From contig OX597819.1 of the NCBI GenBank assembly GCA_951406725.2, positions 101,742,001 to 101,806,000 of the forward strand: a stretch of 64,000 bases of DNA, written 5' to 3'. This document shows, piece after piece, positions 1 through 11,629 of this stretch. The notes under the pieces were generated by a model. That model searched no databases. It worked only from the letters and a program-made list of their open reading frames with translations, and had not been told where the DNA came from. The stretch is from Octopus vulgaris. Its lineage: Eukaryota. Both the position numbers and the translations under genes were made by a program. Position 1 is the first letter of the stretch. Each line of letters begins with the position of its first letter.

Positions 1-249
1 TGTTTGCATGCCTGTATGGATGTATAAACACACACGCACACACACACACATAAATATATACACATTATCTCCTTTCCCTCCCTCTCTGTCTCTCCCTCTC
101 TCTATATATATATATACAAACATATATACATACACATATATATATATATGTGTATGTATGTATGTATGTATGTATATATGTACGTATGTATATATGTGTG
201 TTTGTATATATATACGCATGCATGTGTGTATACATACATACATACATAC

Positions 250-305
<56 letters not shown>

Positions 306-370
306 ACACACACATGCATGCGTTTAAGTGTTCAAAAGAAAAGAAAAAGACTGAGTGTGTATGCGTGCAA
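1..370. repeat. Compound (TA)n/(CA)n/(TG)n/(TACA)n microsatellite
   Basis: Visible dinucleotide and tetranucleotide runs; overlapping ORFs are low-complexity artefacts. Confidence 0.9.
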
Positions 371-699
371 GTGTAGATGTGTGAGGCCTACAATTATGTT
401 GTGTCCTAAGTGTGTATATTAGAACGAGCTGGTTTATGTCCGACAGTCAACATCAACAGAGATTTACTGAGAGAACACTTCAAAGGAAACAAGGATGTCA
501 TTAAAAATTCTCTTAATTTCATTTTCTGCTGTTGAAGTGAAGCGTTCCATGCTGAGTGGCTTTAAATGAGAGGACAAAGCGAAGAACAACGGCGTGGGGA
601 TAGGGGGAAGGAGGTGATAAGGGTGTGGTATGGCTGGAGAGGGATGTTTACTAAATAGATAGATAGACACACAGGGAATAGATAGATAGATTAATTGAT

Positions 700-734
<35 letters not shown>

Positions 735-1162
735 ATAAATAAATAGATAGATAGATAGATAGATAGATACATACATACATACATACATACATACATACAT
801 ACATACATAGAAGATAGATAAATAGATATATATATATATAGATAAATAGATGGATAGATAGACAGGTAGTTTGGTAGAGAGCGAGTAAGAGAGAGAGTTT
901 AATCAGGTGTATGTAGATGTGTTTGTGAGTGTGAGTTCGATTTATAATGGAGAAAAACGTATTGAACATATCATAAAGTATAAATATTTAATGTACTCTA
1001 CTGAAGCCTTCTTTCGAGTACATTCGAGTACATTGCACACGCACTCACGCACATACACACATGCATACGTACATACATGCTTACGTACAAACATGCGTTC
1101 ATAACATACATTTTCATAACATACATGCGTGTGTTGTGTGTGTGTTGATAATGGAAGTCTTA

Positions 1163-1540
1163 GGCGTAGGCGTGGTTATGTGGTAAGAAGGTTGCCTCCC
1201 AACCACATGGTTCCGGTTTCACGGTTTCAGTTCCATTGCGTGGCACATTGGGCACGTGTGTTTCGCAATTGCCTCGTAAGCCCGTCGTGTATATGTATAT
1301 GTATGTGTGTGTGTGTGTGTGTGTGTGTATAATACATATACATGTATGTAATACATATCTATGTGTATTTAATACATATATATGTACGTGTGTGTCCTTT
1401 CTTAACTTTACGGTTCGGCAAATATACCGATAAAATAAGTACTATGTTTAAATAAAATAAGTCCTCGTGTCGATTTGCTTTAACTCTTCACTGCGGTGCC
1501 CCAGCATGGCCGCGGTCAAATGACTCAAAGAAGTAAAAGA
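1163..1540 (+). mobile_element. tRNA-derived SINE, family A (internal TG/TA microsatellite)
   Basis: Head GGCGTAGGCGTGGTTATGTGGTAAGAAG...CAACCACATGGTTCC and tail CGGTGCCCCAGCATGGCCGCGGTCAAATGACT recur in more than 10 other copies in the window. Confidence 0.8.
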
Positions 1541-1947
1541 TCTCTCTCACTCCCTCTGTCTTTGATTCTCTCTCTCCCTCTGTGTATGTGTGTGCAAGTT
1601 TGTGTGTGTGTGTGTGTGTGTAAGTTTATGTGTGTGTCTGTGTATATGTGCGCGCGCGTGTGCATGTGTCTTTGTGCCTTGCTTGCCCCCACCCAACCAC
1701 CTGAAAACCGGTGTTTGTGCATTTAAGTCTCCGTAATGCAGAAGACCGGCCAAAGAGACCGAGATGCTTTTTCATTTAATAAATGATCTGTAGAATCGTT
1801 AGAGCGTAAGACAAAATTACGTGTGATATTTTTGTTGCTTAATTTAACATTAAATTTTCTGTGGTCGGGAAAATATAGTATGCTATTTGGATTGATATAA
1901 ACGACTGTTCCCTTCTCTGAAATTTCAAGCCTAATATTTATATAAGA

Positions 1948-2460
1948 CTAGCAGTATCGCCCGGCGTTGCTCAGGTTTGTAAGGGAAATAACTATATAAG
2001 CATTTTTAGAGAGTTACTTCCCTTATAGATGCCAATTCGGGCTTTCTTAGCCATTTCTGTTTTGGTGTCTTCAAGCCATGAAGTCGTTGTTATAAAAGAA
2101 CGCTGGTCTCCTTGACAACGCTTTACGACGTTGATTTCCTTACACTTCCTTCCCCACAGCTTCACGAGGGAGGGAAGAAGGGGGATAAGCAAACAGGTGC
2201 AGGTGTGACCATGGACGCCAACTCCGCCGCCATCGACACAAGAAAATGTATGCATTAAAATGGAATAAAAAATGATGTTAAATTATTTTTAAAATCGTAG
2301 ACTCATCGTAGACGCGCGCTAATACTCAGACGGGCTCGATATGAATCACGACTATAAGATACCCGAATTTGGTTAAACTGCACTGCAAAATGTGGGAGTA
2401 GTTAGGAATCTAAATCGAAGGGGACAGACACTCACACAACTACAGTTTTATATATATAGA
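1948..2460 (-). mobile_element. Non-autonomous Helitron
   Basis: Minus strand begins TCTATATATATAAAACTG and ends CCTGAGCAACGCCGGGCGATACTGCTAG (subterminal hairpin + CTAG); inserted between A and T with no TSD. Termini resemble those of 17500-18993. Confidence 0.75.
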
Positions 2461-2474
2461 TATCGGTTTTCCTT

Positions 2475-2647
2475 TTTCTTGTTTCATAACGGCCATGCTG
2501 GAGCACTGTCATGAAAAAACACTCGACACTAATACACTTTTTAAGCTTGGCATATATTCTATCGGGATCGTTTTCAGGACCGCTAAGTTAAAAAAAACAA
2601 CGGTTGCCGAGCGGGGTGGGGAACAAACATAGGCACACACACACACA

Positions 2648-2696
<49 letters not shown>

Positions 2697-2844
2697 TACA
2701 TATATGCATGGTAGACTTCCACACGGTTTCCGTTTAACAGATGCATTCACAAATCTTTGGTCAGCCTAAAACTGTACAAGACTCTTTTGTCCAAAGTGCT
2801 GCACAGTGGATCTGAACGCAAAACCACACAGCCATGCTTCCGCC
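2475..2844 (-). mobile_element. SINE family A copy
   Basis: Reverse complement matches family A head and tail (CGGCCATGCTGGAGCAC on + strand). Confidence 0.75.
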
Positions 2845-3391
2845 TATTTACTTAATTACTTTAATTACCCTTAATATTAAATGTATTTTTTCCCTGTGTC
2901 TTTCTTTTCCTAGACTTGGGGCAAAATAGTGAATTTCTTCTCTGTCACATTATTTCCATTCATTTAAGATCTTTGTAGTATGGCAAACATTTATCCAACA
3001 ACACTTTACGACTATTGTCAGGACATGTTTTGCCTTCTACCTTCACTGGTGTATATATGTGTATGGGTATATATGTGTGAACGCGTGTATAGTGTAAGTG
3101 TGCGTATATTCTTGCTTTTTGTTGTATTCTATAGAAAATTCTATGTATAGCACCCTGTTTCGGCCCACCCGATATGCAAGTCACTTCCTATCTCGTCATT
3201 TTAATAATATCTCACTCACCACCCGACCACACAACGCTAAATATTCCTCGACGTATTCCTTCTTAGAGCTTCCTGTGGAATACATTTACTAATTTATATC
3301 CTTGTTTTTCGACCTAGAAGGCATGAAGTGTCTTGGTCGGTGACCTTCCCGTTTCTTTTGCTTAAAAAAATGTGAGGGTTTGGGGAACATA

Positions 3392-3710
3392 GGCAATAAG
3401 CGTGGTTACGTGGTAAGAGATTTGCTTCACAACCACATTGTTCCGAGTTCAGTACTACTGCTGACCAAATACTTATGAGTAAATCTGTTTGACGAAGAAG
3501 CCCATCGTATGCGTGTGCGTTTGTTTGTATTTGTTCCCACGATTGCCGCTTGACAACCGGTGTTGGTGTGTTTACGTTTCCGTAACTTAATAAGGACTAG
3601 GTTTAAAAAATTAAGACCCGTAGTCGATTCAATCGATTAAAAAGTTCCTTCAATGTGGTGCCCCAGTATGGCTGCTGACTGAATCAAGAAAAAAAAATAA
3701 AATAAAAGAT
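3392..3710 (+). mobile_element. SINE family A copy
   Basis: CGTGGTTACGTGGTAAGAGATTTGCTTCACAACCAC head; GTGGTGCCCCAGTATGGCTGC tail. Confidence 0.75.
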
Positions 3711-3850
3711 TTTATTAACTTTTGAGTGTACAGCGTTTGATAACAAAAGACGGGATGGTCACTTATGGAATAAGTTTTCTCACATGACTCTTCACCGAAG
3801 TTCCTTTGTAATTAAAAACAAGAGCAACAACGGCAACAGCAGCAAAAATT

Positions 3851-3852
<2 letters not shown>

Positions 3853-3898
<46 letters not shown>

Positions 3899-4066
3899 TA
3901 CTACTACCACCATTACTACTCCTACTATCACCACCACCACAACTACTATTAATTTTACTACTCCCACCACCATCGCTATCACCACTACGACTACTACTAT
4001 AACCGCCGACACCACCACCATCACTATTATTACTTTTACGACGACGACGACTACCACCATCATTAA

Positions 4067-4117
<51 letters not shown>

Positions 4118-4145
4118 TACTACTACCACTACAGCTGCTGCTGCG
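3853..4145. repeat. (CTA)n/(CCA)n trinucleotide microsatellite
   Basis: Directly visible. Confidence 0.9.
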
Positions 4146-4449
4146 TAAGCCAACCTTGCCCACCCCCACCTTTCTCACTTAAATAAGACCTCTACACTAT
4201 GTTATTTCAAACCATCTGAATCCACTAATGAAATGACAATGTTTTTTTGTCTTGCGGTTAAATCTTGTTGTAATTGCTGTAAACATTGTTGTTTTTGTTG
4301 TAGTTCTTGTTGTTGATGATGATGTAGATGGCGTTGCTCTTGCTCCAGGAATTATTGTTACCGTTGTTATAAGTCTAGACTTGTTTGTTGTTCTTTTGTA
4401 GTTGCTTCTACCCCATCGCCCAGTCCACTCACTGCTGTTGAAGTTTATG

Positions 4450-4686
4450 TTTGAACTAGGAACGTAGCGGCAGACGAAATACGGCTAATCATTTCGCCCG
4501 GCGTGCTAACGTTTCTTCCAGTTCGCCGCCTTCTGTAGCTCGAATATTCTTTCCTACTCTAGGCACGAGGCCAGAAATTTTGGGGGAGGGACCCAGTCGA
4601 TTAGATCGACCCCAGTAGGCAACAGGTACTTAATTTATCGACCCCGAAAGGATGAAAGGCAAAGTCGACCTCGGTGGAATTTGAAC
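4450..4686 (-). mobile_element. SINE family B copy, circularly permuted (3' half precedes 5' half)
   Basis: Compared with the intact copy at 59124-59355, the minus strand reads body+tail and then head; TTTGAAC is present at both ends (4450-4456, 4680-4686). Confidence 0.8.
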
Positions 4687-4693
4687 ACGCGCA

Positions 4694-4945
4694 CCTTCGT
4701 TTTGGGATCACCACTACTTTATTATCTCCCCTTCTTCCTAGCTCTCCTGTCTGACCATATCCGTCCAGCCATTGCCATGATCGACCACTAGTCACTAAAG
4801 TTTTTTTTATTCTCTCTCTGTTAATTTTCTCGTGTTCCTTTCTGTTAAAGAGCGTAGGCTCGAAACGTAAAAAAACCTTATCGCTTTCTTGAGCGTTAAC
4901 CTAATACACCTGTCTACGGTATTTGTTCCTTTGTAAATTCCAACT
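4694..4945 (+). mobile_element. Short non-autonomous element with decayed hammerhead-like motif (family H1)
   Basis: CTGTTAA-AGAGC-GTAG-GCTC-GAAACGTA at 4842-4869; tail TTCTTGAGCG...TTGTTCC...AACT(TA)n shared with 6137-6345 and 41800-42112. Confidence 0.55.
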
Positions 4946-4958
4946 ATATATATATATA

Positions 4959-5258
4959 TCACTTTGATCACTTTGACCGACCAGTCCGTCAGGCGTCCAT
5001 TTCACACCGTTGGTCACAGCACGCTGTCCACTCCTCTCTGGATCGCGCCTTTCTCATCCACGTGATCCCAATCGTCTTCTAGAAATCGTCACTCCACCGT
5101 CGTGGAGGTCTTCCGGGTGGTCTTTTCCGCTCACGCGGGTACCACTCGACAACTGCGTGCGTCCACCGATTATCGGTGAGCCGGGCGACGTGTCCAGCCC
5201 ATCTATACTTGCTGCGAGTATACTCTGCGATGACATCTCTCACGCCGGACTTCAAGAT
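4959..5258 (-). mobile_element. 5'-truncated RTE-clade LINE 3' end
   Basis: Translation KYRWAGHVARLTDNRWTHAVVEWYPRERKRPPGRPPRRWSDDF is the typical RTE C-terminus; short tandem tail TCAAAGTGA x2; (TA)n on both sides. Confidence 0.85.
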
Positions 5259-5298
5259 CATATATATATATACGTATATGTACATGCTTACATGTATA

Positions 5299-5353
<55 letters not shown>

Positions 5354-5391
5354 GTATATGTACATGCTTACATGTATACTTATATTTATAT

Positions 5392-6108
5392 GCATCTGTG
5401 GGCACAGGACGTCACAAAACATAAGCAACAAAAATACGAGGTACGAGGACATGGAGTAAGGACTTACTTTGCAAGCAACGAAAGCAACAAATGGAAAACA
5501 AGACAAGCTACACGAGGAATGACCCTTCATCAGTTGTTGGCTGCTTTTCTAATCCGTATTTGGAGCAATTCATAACGAGATACGCCTTCGATATATCAGT
5601 TGCTCTCGCAAAGCAAATTAAATAAAATTTGCGATCTTGCGGAGGGTCAAGATTAGCGACAAAAACAGGACAGACAAAACAACCTGGAAGGGTTGCTAAG
5701 CCTAAACGAGGTCGTGGCAGCTAACGCGAAGAAACAAGTCTGGACAGGAGACAGAGAACAATACGACTTCCTTATCCATCTGAAGCAGGAAGAAAGAAAG
5801 AAACACAAGTTAAGAGAATGGCCGATGGTCATGGGGAGGTGCCACGTGAGCAAAAGAGGAAGAGTGAGGGATAGAGAGTGATAGAGAACTGTGAATGGGG
5901 GAGGAAAAGCTATGGAGACAGGATAAGAGGGATAAAAGAGAGAGGAGAAAAGGGGAGACAAAAGAAAGGTAGAGGGAGAACGAAAGAGTGAAAGGATAGA
6001 ATAGTAGATGAGGTAAAAGAATAAGAGAAAGGAAGGGAGAAAACGAAGGAGTAAAAGGAGAGAATAGAGGAAGAGAGAAAAAGTGAAAGAATAACAGGGA
6101 GAAGAGTT
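5392..6108 (-). mobile_element. Interspersed non-coding repeat related to 34965-35630
   Basis: Shared blocks GACCCTTCATCAGTTGT, TTGCGGAGGGTCAA, AAAACAGGACAG and a purine-rich segment; bounded by (TA)n. Confidence 0.65.
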
Positions 6109-6136
6109 GTATATATATATATATATCTTTTGTTTT

Positions 6137-6345
6137 TTTCAAAATGTGACCTCGTGTGTACCGTTGGTGAATTTTCTCCCTCTGTCTTCCCTTCTCTGGA
6201 TCTTTCCTTCTCCTATGCTTCCGACCAAGAGCTCCGCTCGAAACGTTAAACCCTCCTTCTTTCCTGAGCGTCCAATAATACAATATTTGTTCCACGTCCT
6301 CGCGTTTTTGTGTTTTTTTTGTGTTTTCTTGTTTGGATTAACTAT
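6137..6345 (+). mobile_element. Family H1 element with hammerhead-like motif
   Basis: CCGACCA-AGAGC-TCC-GCTC-GAAACGTT at 6221-6247; closely similar to 41945-42112; ends in (TA)n. Confidence 0.6.
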
Positions 6346-6545
6346 ATATATATATATATATATATAGTACGTTTAAATATTTGTTGTGCAAGATTTTTTA
6401 TGTGAAGTCGTGTGTTGAAACATATATTGTTATATCTCGGAATGGTCATATTGCCAGTTTAGCCAATAAAAACACACGCACTATATATTTGGTGTTATTT
6501 TGCTTCAGTGATATTTATTTTTTACATTAATCTTAATCTTATTTC

Positions 6546-6590
6546 GGCCAAAGTTCTTTCGTCACACTCCTGTGACCGCATCAGTGGTCC
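6546..6590 (-). ncRNA. Variant minimal type I hammerhead-like motif in PLE 3' pseudo-LTR
   Basis: GGACCA-CUGAUGC-G-GUCAC(AGGAGU)GUGAC-GAAA-GAAC-UU-UGGCC. PLE pseudo-LTRs commonly carry hammerheads; A9 is replaced by C here. Confidence 0.55.
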
Positions 6591-7109
6591 TTTGTTTTCT
6601 TCTCACTTACTTGTGTCTCTCCTTACTAACCGTCAGCCATTTTGTATTTCTATTGTATGTCTTCATTTGCGCATGCTTATATCTCTATGTGCGTCTATGT
6701 TTATTTAGTGTGTGTGTGGGGGGATGCCTGTAATATTTGTATCTTCTGGTTATATACATTCTTGTAATTTGTATTTTGTTTTTGTTGTTGTTGCTTTTGT
6801 TCTAATTTTGTTCATGTGTTTACATCCACCCATTATTATCATTACATATGCTTGTATGTATGTATAACAACAATATTAGTAATAATAATAATAAATCTAA
6901 TCGAGAAAAAAAAAAAAAAAAAGAATATACATATACATATATATATATATATACATACATATACATATACATATATATATATATACATATATACACACAT
7001 ATATACACATATACATATACACATATATACACATATACATATATATAGATATTCATTTCTATTTCTTTAATTACCTGTGTATTTATTATGTTTGCAGGAT
7101 CCACTATTG

Positions 7110-9065
7110 TCATATGTTGTGGTGTGCGCTATTGCTCCATTCTAGTTTTCTATTCAGGCTAGGTTTATTTTCTATTATATGTGTAGCTTCTGTAATTTGT
7201 CTAATTGTTGCATCTGTTCTATGTGTGGACAATATCTTAATCTCTATGTTATTGATTGATCCCCCGTGTTCTTGTTCGGCGTGTTGGTACAGAATCGATG
7301 AGCTTTTACCTTCCTTGAGTTGTCTCCAATGTTCATTCACCCGCTCACCAATGCTTCTTGCAGTTTCCCCTACGTATGTTACTGTCTTGTTACTGCATCG
7401 TCCCTCTATACATCTTATACTATAGACCACATTTCTGGCTTTACAGTTCGTTTGTGGGCTAAATCTACATACAGTGCAATAGTTTTCCGTACAGAGAGTT
7501 CTACTAAAAGGATAGGTTCTACCAATTATAGATCTGATAGGGTTGCCTGGCTTTTCAACAACCTTAATTCTTAGTTTAAGTTTATCTAGGGTCCTTCTAA
7601 AGCGGTACGCTAGTTCACCTCCAGGGGTGGTGTCAACGAACATGACACTCTGGTATTTATGGCTATCATACCAAGAGTTGGCCTTCCTTATTTTCTTTTT
7701 TGTCCTTTCTATAGTGTTCCATGACTTGTTCCTATAGAGTGGGCAAATCCCATTCCTATCATTACATAATATATTATCAAATTTCTTCATGGCTCCTTTG
7801 TATACTCTGATCCTTTCTTTATGGCTGTAACCTGAGAACTGCATGCGGTGAATGAAATACTGTATGTGTCTCTTTAATTCTGTAGGCTCGCACATGCGTG
7901 ACACATTTCTCATTATTCTGACGAGGTCTGCCATCAAAATATTGAATTTGGCATTGCCCGCAATGGCTGAGTTCCGGTGGATCAGGTATTTTGAGGCCAT
8001 AGGTTTTGCATAGTATGAATGAAGGATTTGGGTTTTATTTTTCACAATTTCTAGCCAGAGTTCAGTGTCTAGTACTGGTAGTCTATGGTTGGGGTGTTTA
8101 GTGGGGTAGTCTATTGTGACCTTAATACTCTGGTGGATGGAGTTAGCTATTTGCTGGATGCTCTCCATAGTATTAGTTTCTATTACTATATCAACAGTAC
8201 TCTCTTGTGGGGGTGCCTTTACTACTATATTGATATCATCAACATAGCGAGAGTACATGTTTACGAGTATGGATTTCTGCAGTAGGCATTCTTTAAGCCT
8301 TCTGTCCCACCATACCATGAAGAGGTTGGCCACATCACCAGCGATACTAACACCGATGGCTGCCCCCTCGTCCTGGGCATATATTTTATTATTAAATTTA
8401 AATGTGTGGCCTTTTAGGGTAACTCTTATACTAGCTCCTAGTGCATGTGCGATCATTTTCTTTACCTGATGGACATTTGCGGGGCTCCGTATGGCTCTGG
8501 TCCATCCGCGCCATCTTTCTATATGTGTCTTCCTAGCCATAGAAGTAATTGTAGGCGGTCTACCTCTTAAACATCTACTGGGGCAGAAACTACTAAGATT
8601 ATGTTTATCTAAGTATTCACTATTATATGTCAGTCTAAGTAGGAGGCCCAGTTCTTCTGTGTCGACATTACAGAACTCCACCTGGCTCTCGTTGATCATC
8701 TCCACGCACTTCTCCACTGCAAAATCTACGTCAATCGATGGGTATAGGGATACCACATCCATGCTACCTACTATACATCCTGTCAAGTCACAAGTTTTGT
8801 TACAGTCACTGATCCTGCTTAGGAGATCTTCTGTGCTGTCACATACATCAGGTGACATCCTGATTATAGGGCGTATGATCATTGAGAGGAAGTAGGAGAT
8901 TCTGTAATTGCTAGTGATATTCGCTCCACAGACTGGTCTTGTTGGTGGTCCTGCTATAGGGTCAGTAAAACCTTTATGGTCCTTGCGAAGTCCATACAGT
9001 GCCGGGATATCATTGTTCCAGGCTTGGAAATTCTTTGCAAGAATGTATATAACCAGAAGATACAA
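7110..9065 (-). CDS. PLE reverse transcriptase + C-terminal GIY-YIG endonuclease (N-terminally truncated; possibly Naiad-like clade)
   Basis: RT motifs [46 protein letters not shown]; Cys linker CTENYCTVC; [14 protein letters not shown]...[16 protein letters not shown]...RQITEATHI...PSLN. The first ~9 codons come from the inverted repeat, so the listed start is not the native one. Confidence 0.93.
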   Translation of the reverse strand: MYLLVIYILAKNFQAWNNDIPALYGLRKDHKGFTDPIAGPPTRPVCGANITSNYRISYFLSMIIRPIIRMSPDVCDSTEDLLSRISDCNKTCDLTGCIVGSMDVVSLYPSIDVDFAVEKCVEMINESQVEFCNVDTEELGLLLRLTYNSEYLDKHNLSSFCPSRCLRGRPPTITSMARKTHIERWRGWTRAIRSPANVHQVKKMIAHALGASIRVTLKGHTFKFNNKIYAQDEGAAIGVSIAGDVANLFMVWWDRRLKECLLQKSILVNMYSRYVDDINIVVKAPPQESTVDIVIETNTMESIQQIANSIHQSIKVTIDYPTKHPNHRLPVLDTELWLEIVKNKTQILHSYYAKPMASKYLIHRNSAIAGNAKFNILMADLVRIMRNVSRMCEPTELKRHIQYFIHRMQFSGYSHKERIRVYKGAMKKFDNILCNDRNGICPLYRNKSWNTIERTKKKIRKANSWYDSHKYQSVMFVDTTPGGELAYRFRRTLDKLKLRIKVVEKPGNPIRSIIGRTYPFSRTLCTENYCTVCRFSPQTNCKARNVVYSIRCIEGRCSNKTVTYVGETARSIGERVNEHWRQLKEGKSSSILYQHAEQEHGGSINNIEIKILSTHRTDATIRQITEATHIIENKPSLNRKLEWSNSAHHNI

Positions 9066-9212
9066 ATATTACAGGCATCCCCCCCCCACACACACTAAAT
9101 AAACATAGACGCACATAGAGATATAAGCATGCGCAAATGAAGACATACAATAGAAATACAAAATGGCTGACGGTTAGTAAGGAGAGACACAAGTAAGTGA
9201 GAAGAAAACAAA

Positions 9213-9257
9213 GGACCACTGATGCGGTCACAGGAGTGTGACGAAAGAACTTTGGCC
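9213..9257 (+). ncRNA. Second (inverted) copy of the PLE hammerhead-like motif
   Basis: Exact reverse complement of 6546-6590. Confidence 0.55.
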
Positions 9258-9371
9258 GAAATAAGATTAAGATTAATGTAAAAAATAAATATCACTGAAG
9301 CAAAATAACACCAAATATATAGTGCGTGTGTTTTTATTGGCTAAACTGGCAATATGACCATTCCGAAATAT

Positions 9372-9417
<46 letters not shown>

Positions 9418-9582
9418 ACGACGGGATTCTTTCAGTTTCTGTCTACCAAATCCACTCACAAGGTTTTAGTTGACCCGAGGGGTGTAGTAGAAGACACTTG
9501 CCAAACGTGCCACGCAGTGGGACTGAACCGAGAACCATGTGGTTGGTAAGCAATCTTCTCACCACACAGCCACTCCTGCGCC
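9418..9582 (-). mobile_element. SINE family A, 5' half
   Basis: GGGACTGAACCGAGAACCATGTGGTTGG...CCACACAGCCACTCCTGCGCC on + strand is the reverse complement of the family A head. Confidence 0.8.
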
Positions 9583-9824
9583 TAGTGTATATTTTTGTCT
9601 TTCGTTGGAAGATGTGGAGTTGCCAACATCATTCCATGTGACTGATTTTGTCGAAGAAATTCATAAGCACAAATCTTACTGTTTGCTATCCATTTCGTCG
9701 CAGCCGAAAGGCATTTTGTTCGATGCTCAAATGCCCCTGTCAATCCTCCGCCGCTCAGTCACCTTTATGTGTGTGTGTATATGAGTGTGCATGTGTCAGT
9801 GTCTGTCTGCAGGCTCATCTGTGT

Positions 9825-9888
<64 letters not shown>

Positions 9889-10175
9889 ATGTGCTTATTT
9901 TAGAATGTGTGCCTGTGTTTGTGTTTCTGTATGACTATGGATTTGCTTGTGTGTTCGCAAATGTGTGTTTATGTTAAGTATGTGTCTGTGTTTATGTTCA
10001 TGTGTGTGCTTGAAGGTGCGTGTGTATGTGCAAATGTCTGTATGTGTTTTTCTATTTATATGAGAGTACGCGGTCGTGTATGTGCGTTTATGTCTTCGTA
10101 TGTATGCTTATGTGTGTACAAGCATATGTCTGTCTATATGTGTACGCTTGTATTTGAGTCTGTGTGTCTGTATGC

Positions 10176-10207
<32 letters not shown>

Positions 10208-11629
10208 TACACGTGTATGTATAAAAAGGCCTTTTTCTGTCAACTGTTTGACCACCGTGGAAAGATGAAAGAAAGAACTGTCACGTGACATGTTCGAGAG
10301 GGGACGATTGAGGTGCAGCGTGGTGGGGAGGTATGAAATAAATGTGGGAGTGGGAATGCTCCCGTGTACAGTTGAGTGAGGGAGGGAAGTAGAGAAGGTG
10401 ACACGTTGGAGCGAAGGGCCAGGGATCGGGTTAGGGTGTGTGAGAGGTATTGAGGGTTAGTGGAATGGAGGGGAAGAGGAACGGCCAGAGGGCGTAGGGT
10501 TAGGGGGCTGATGGAAGTAGAGGGATGGTGAGTGCTTGTAGCGAGGCCTTGGGATGAAAAATACACGAAATACGGCAGACGCCCTGGGCTTGCTCGGGAT
10601 ATCACAGGATGTGATGGGGAGATGTGGTGCGAGAGATTTTTCTTTGCTTGTGTAAGGGGGAAGGGGGGATGGATAAAGAAAAAAAAGGGCAAAAGTAGGG
10701 CAGAGCGATATAAGGAGTGGAGGATTTTTGATAGTGTTAGGGGCGGCGTTAATGGCGAGGGCATCGATGTTAGTATTAGAGGTGTAAGCGGAGATGGTAA
10801 TGCTATCATAGGTGGCTATGGTGGTGGTGGTGGTGGTTATGGTGGTGAGTGTGTGTGTGTGTGTGTGTGTGTTTGTGTTGTGTTTAGCACTCTTGTCTTG
10901 TTTAACCCTGCCGAGCTTCTCTCTTTTCCCTACTCACAGGTATAATAGATTTCAAGGTGATTTCACTGGTAGTTCTAGCAGATCAAGTTGTTTGGAGCAG
11001 ATAAGGGTAACATCTTTCGAGAAGCAGGCCATATTGGAGATGATTTATCACCCGGCGGGCTGCACTACTAAAAATACTCGAGGTAATTCTGTCGTTAGGC
11101 TTGCCATTCAGAATGTCACGCGGGCCGCAATTTGCCCATGACTGAAGTAAAGTGTTCCTTGTTGGGTCGTGTTTTTAATTGCACGTAGAAAAAAGATTGA
11201 CAGTTACAGTTGAGATGTCATTATTTTTTTTTGTTTTTTGGGCGAGTCATTACGCCAATAATACCAACACATGCACGGGTTCATTTTCACTTCTTTACTG
11301 TTGTTCAATGAGTTAAGTACCTAATCAACAAGTTAATCGATCATTTGTTCAATGTATTGTTAAACAATCACTCGGTTGTTTGTTAGTCAAAATTCATTTG
11401 TCGCTTTTCATGATCTTTTAGGCAAATTAATGACCTCTCCTAACGCTCCAGTGTCGACTCTTCATTTGTCTGAGAATGTTGGTCATGACTTTATGTTTTT
11501 TTCTTCGTTTGATATGGGGTGTTCTAGTGTTAGTGCAGTGTTAGTCCTTTTATTGTGTGGGTTAAAAAATATGGAAAATCCTATATGTTCAAAACATGCA
11601 GGAAAAGGAACTAAAATTTTAATTAAATC

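Larger units (their letters stand above)
6368..9381 (-). mobile_element. Penelope-like retroelement (PLE), 5'-truncated, with inverted pseudo-LTR
   Basis: RT + GIY-YIG ORF; 3' segment 6422-6765 is repeated in inverted orientation at 9038-9381 with near identity; (TA)n on both flanks. Confidence 0.93.

Noticed and set aside
6368-7112. Possible selenocysteine read-through or SECIS element in the PLE (some Naiad PLEs use UGA-Sec)
   Set aside because: No internal UGA; the terminal UGA follows the end of the GIY-YIG domain, with UAG two codons later; no convincing SECIS fold seen.
10920-11141. Splice-acceptor-like site (CTCTTTTCCCTACTCACAG) followed by an open frame
   Set aside because: No recognisable protein and no partner exons; cannot be supported without RNA data.
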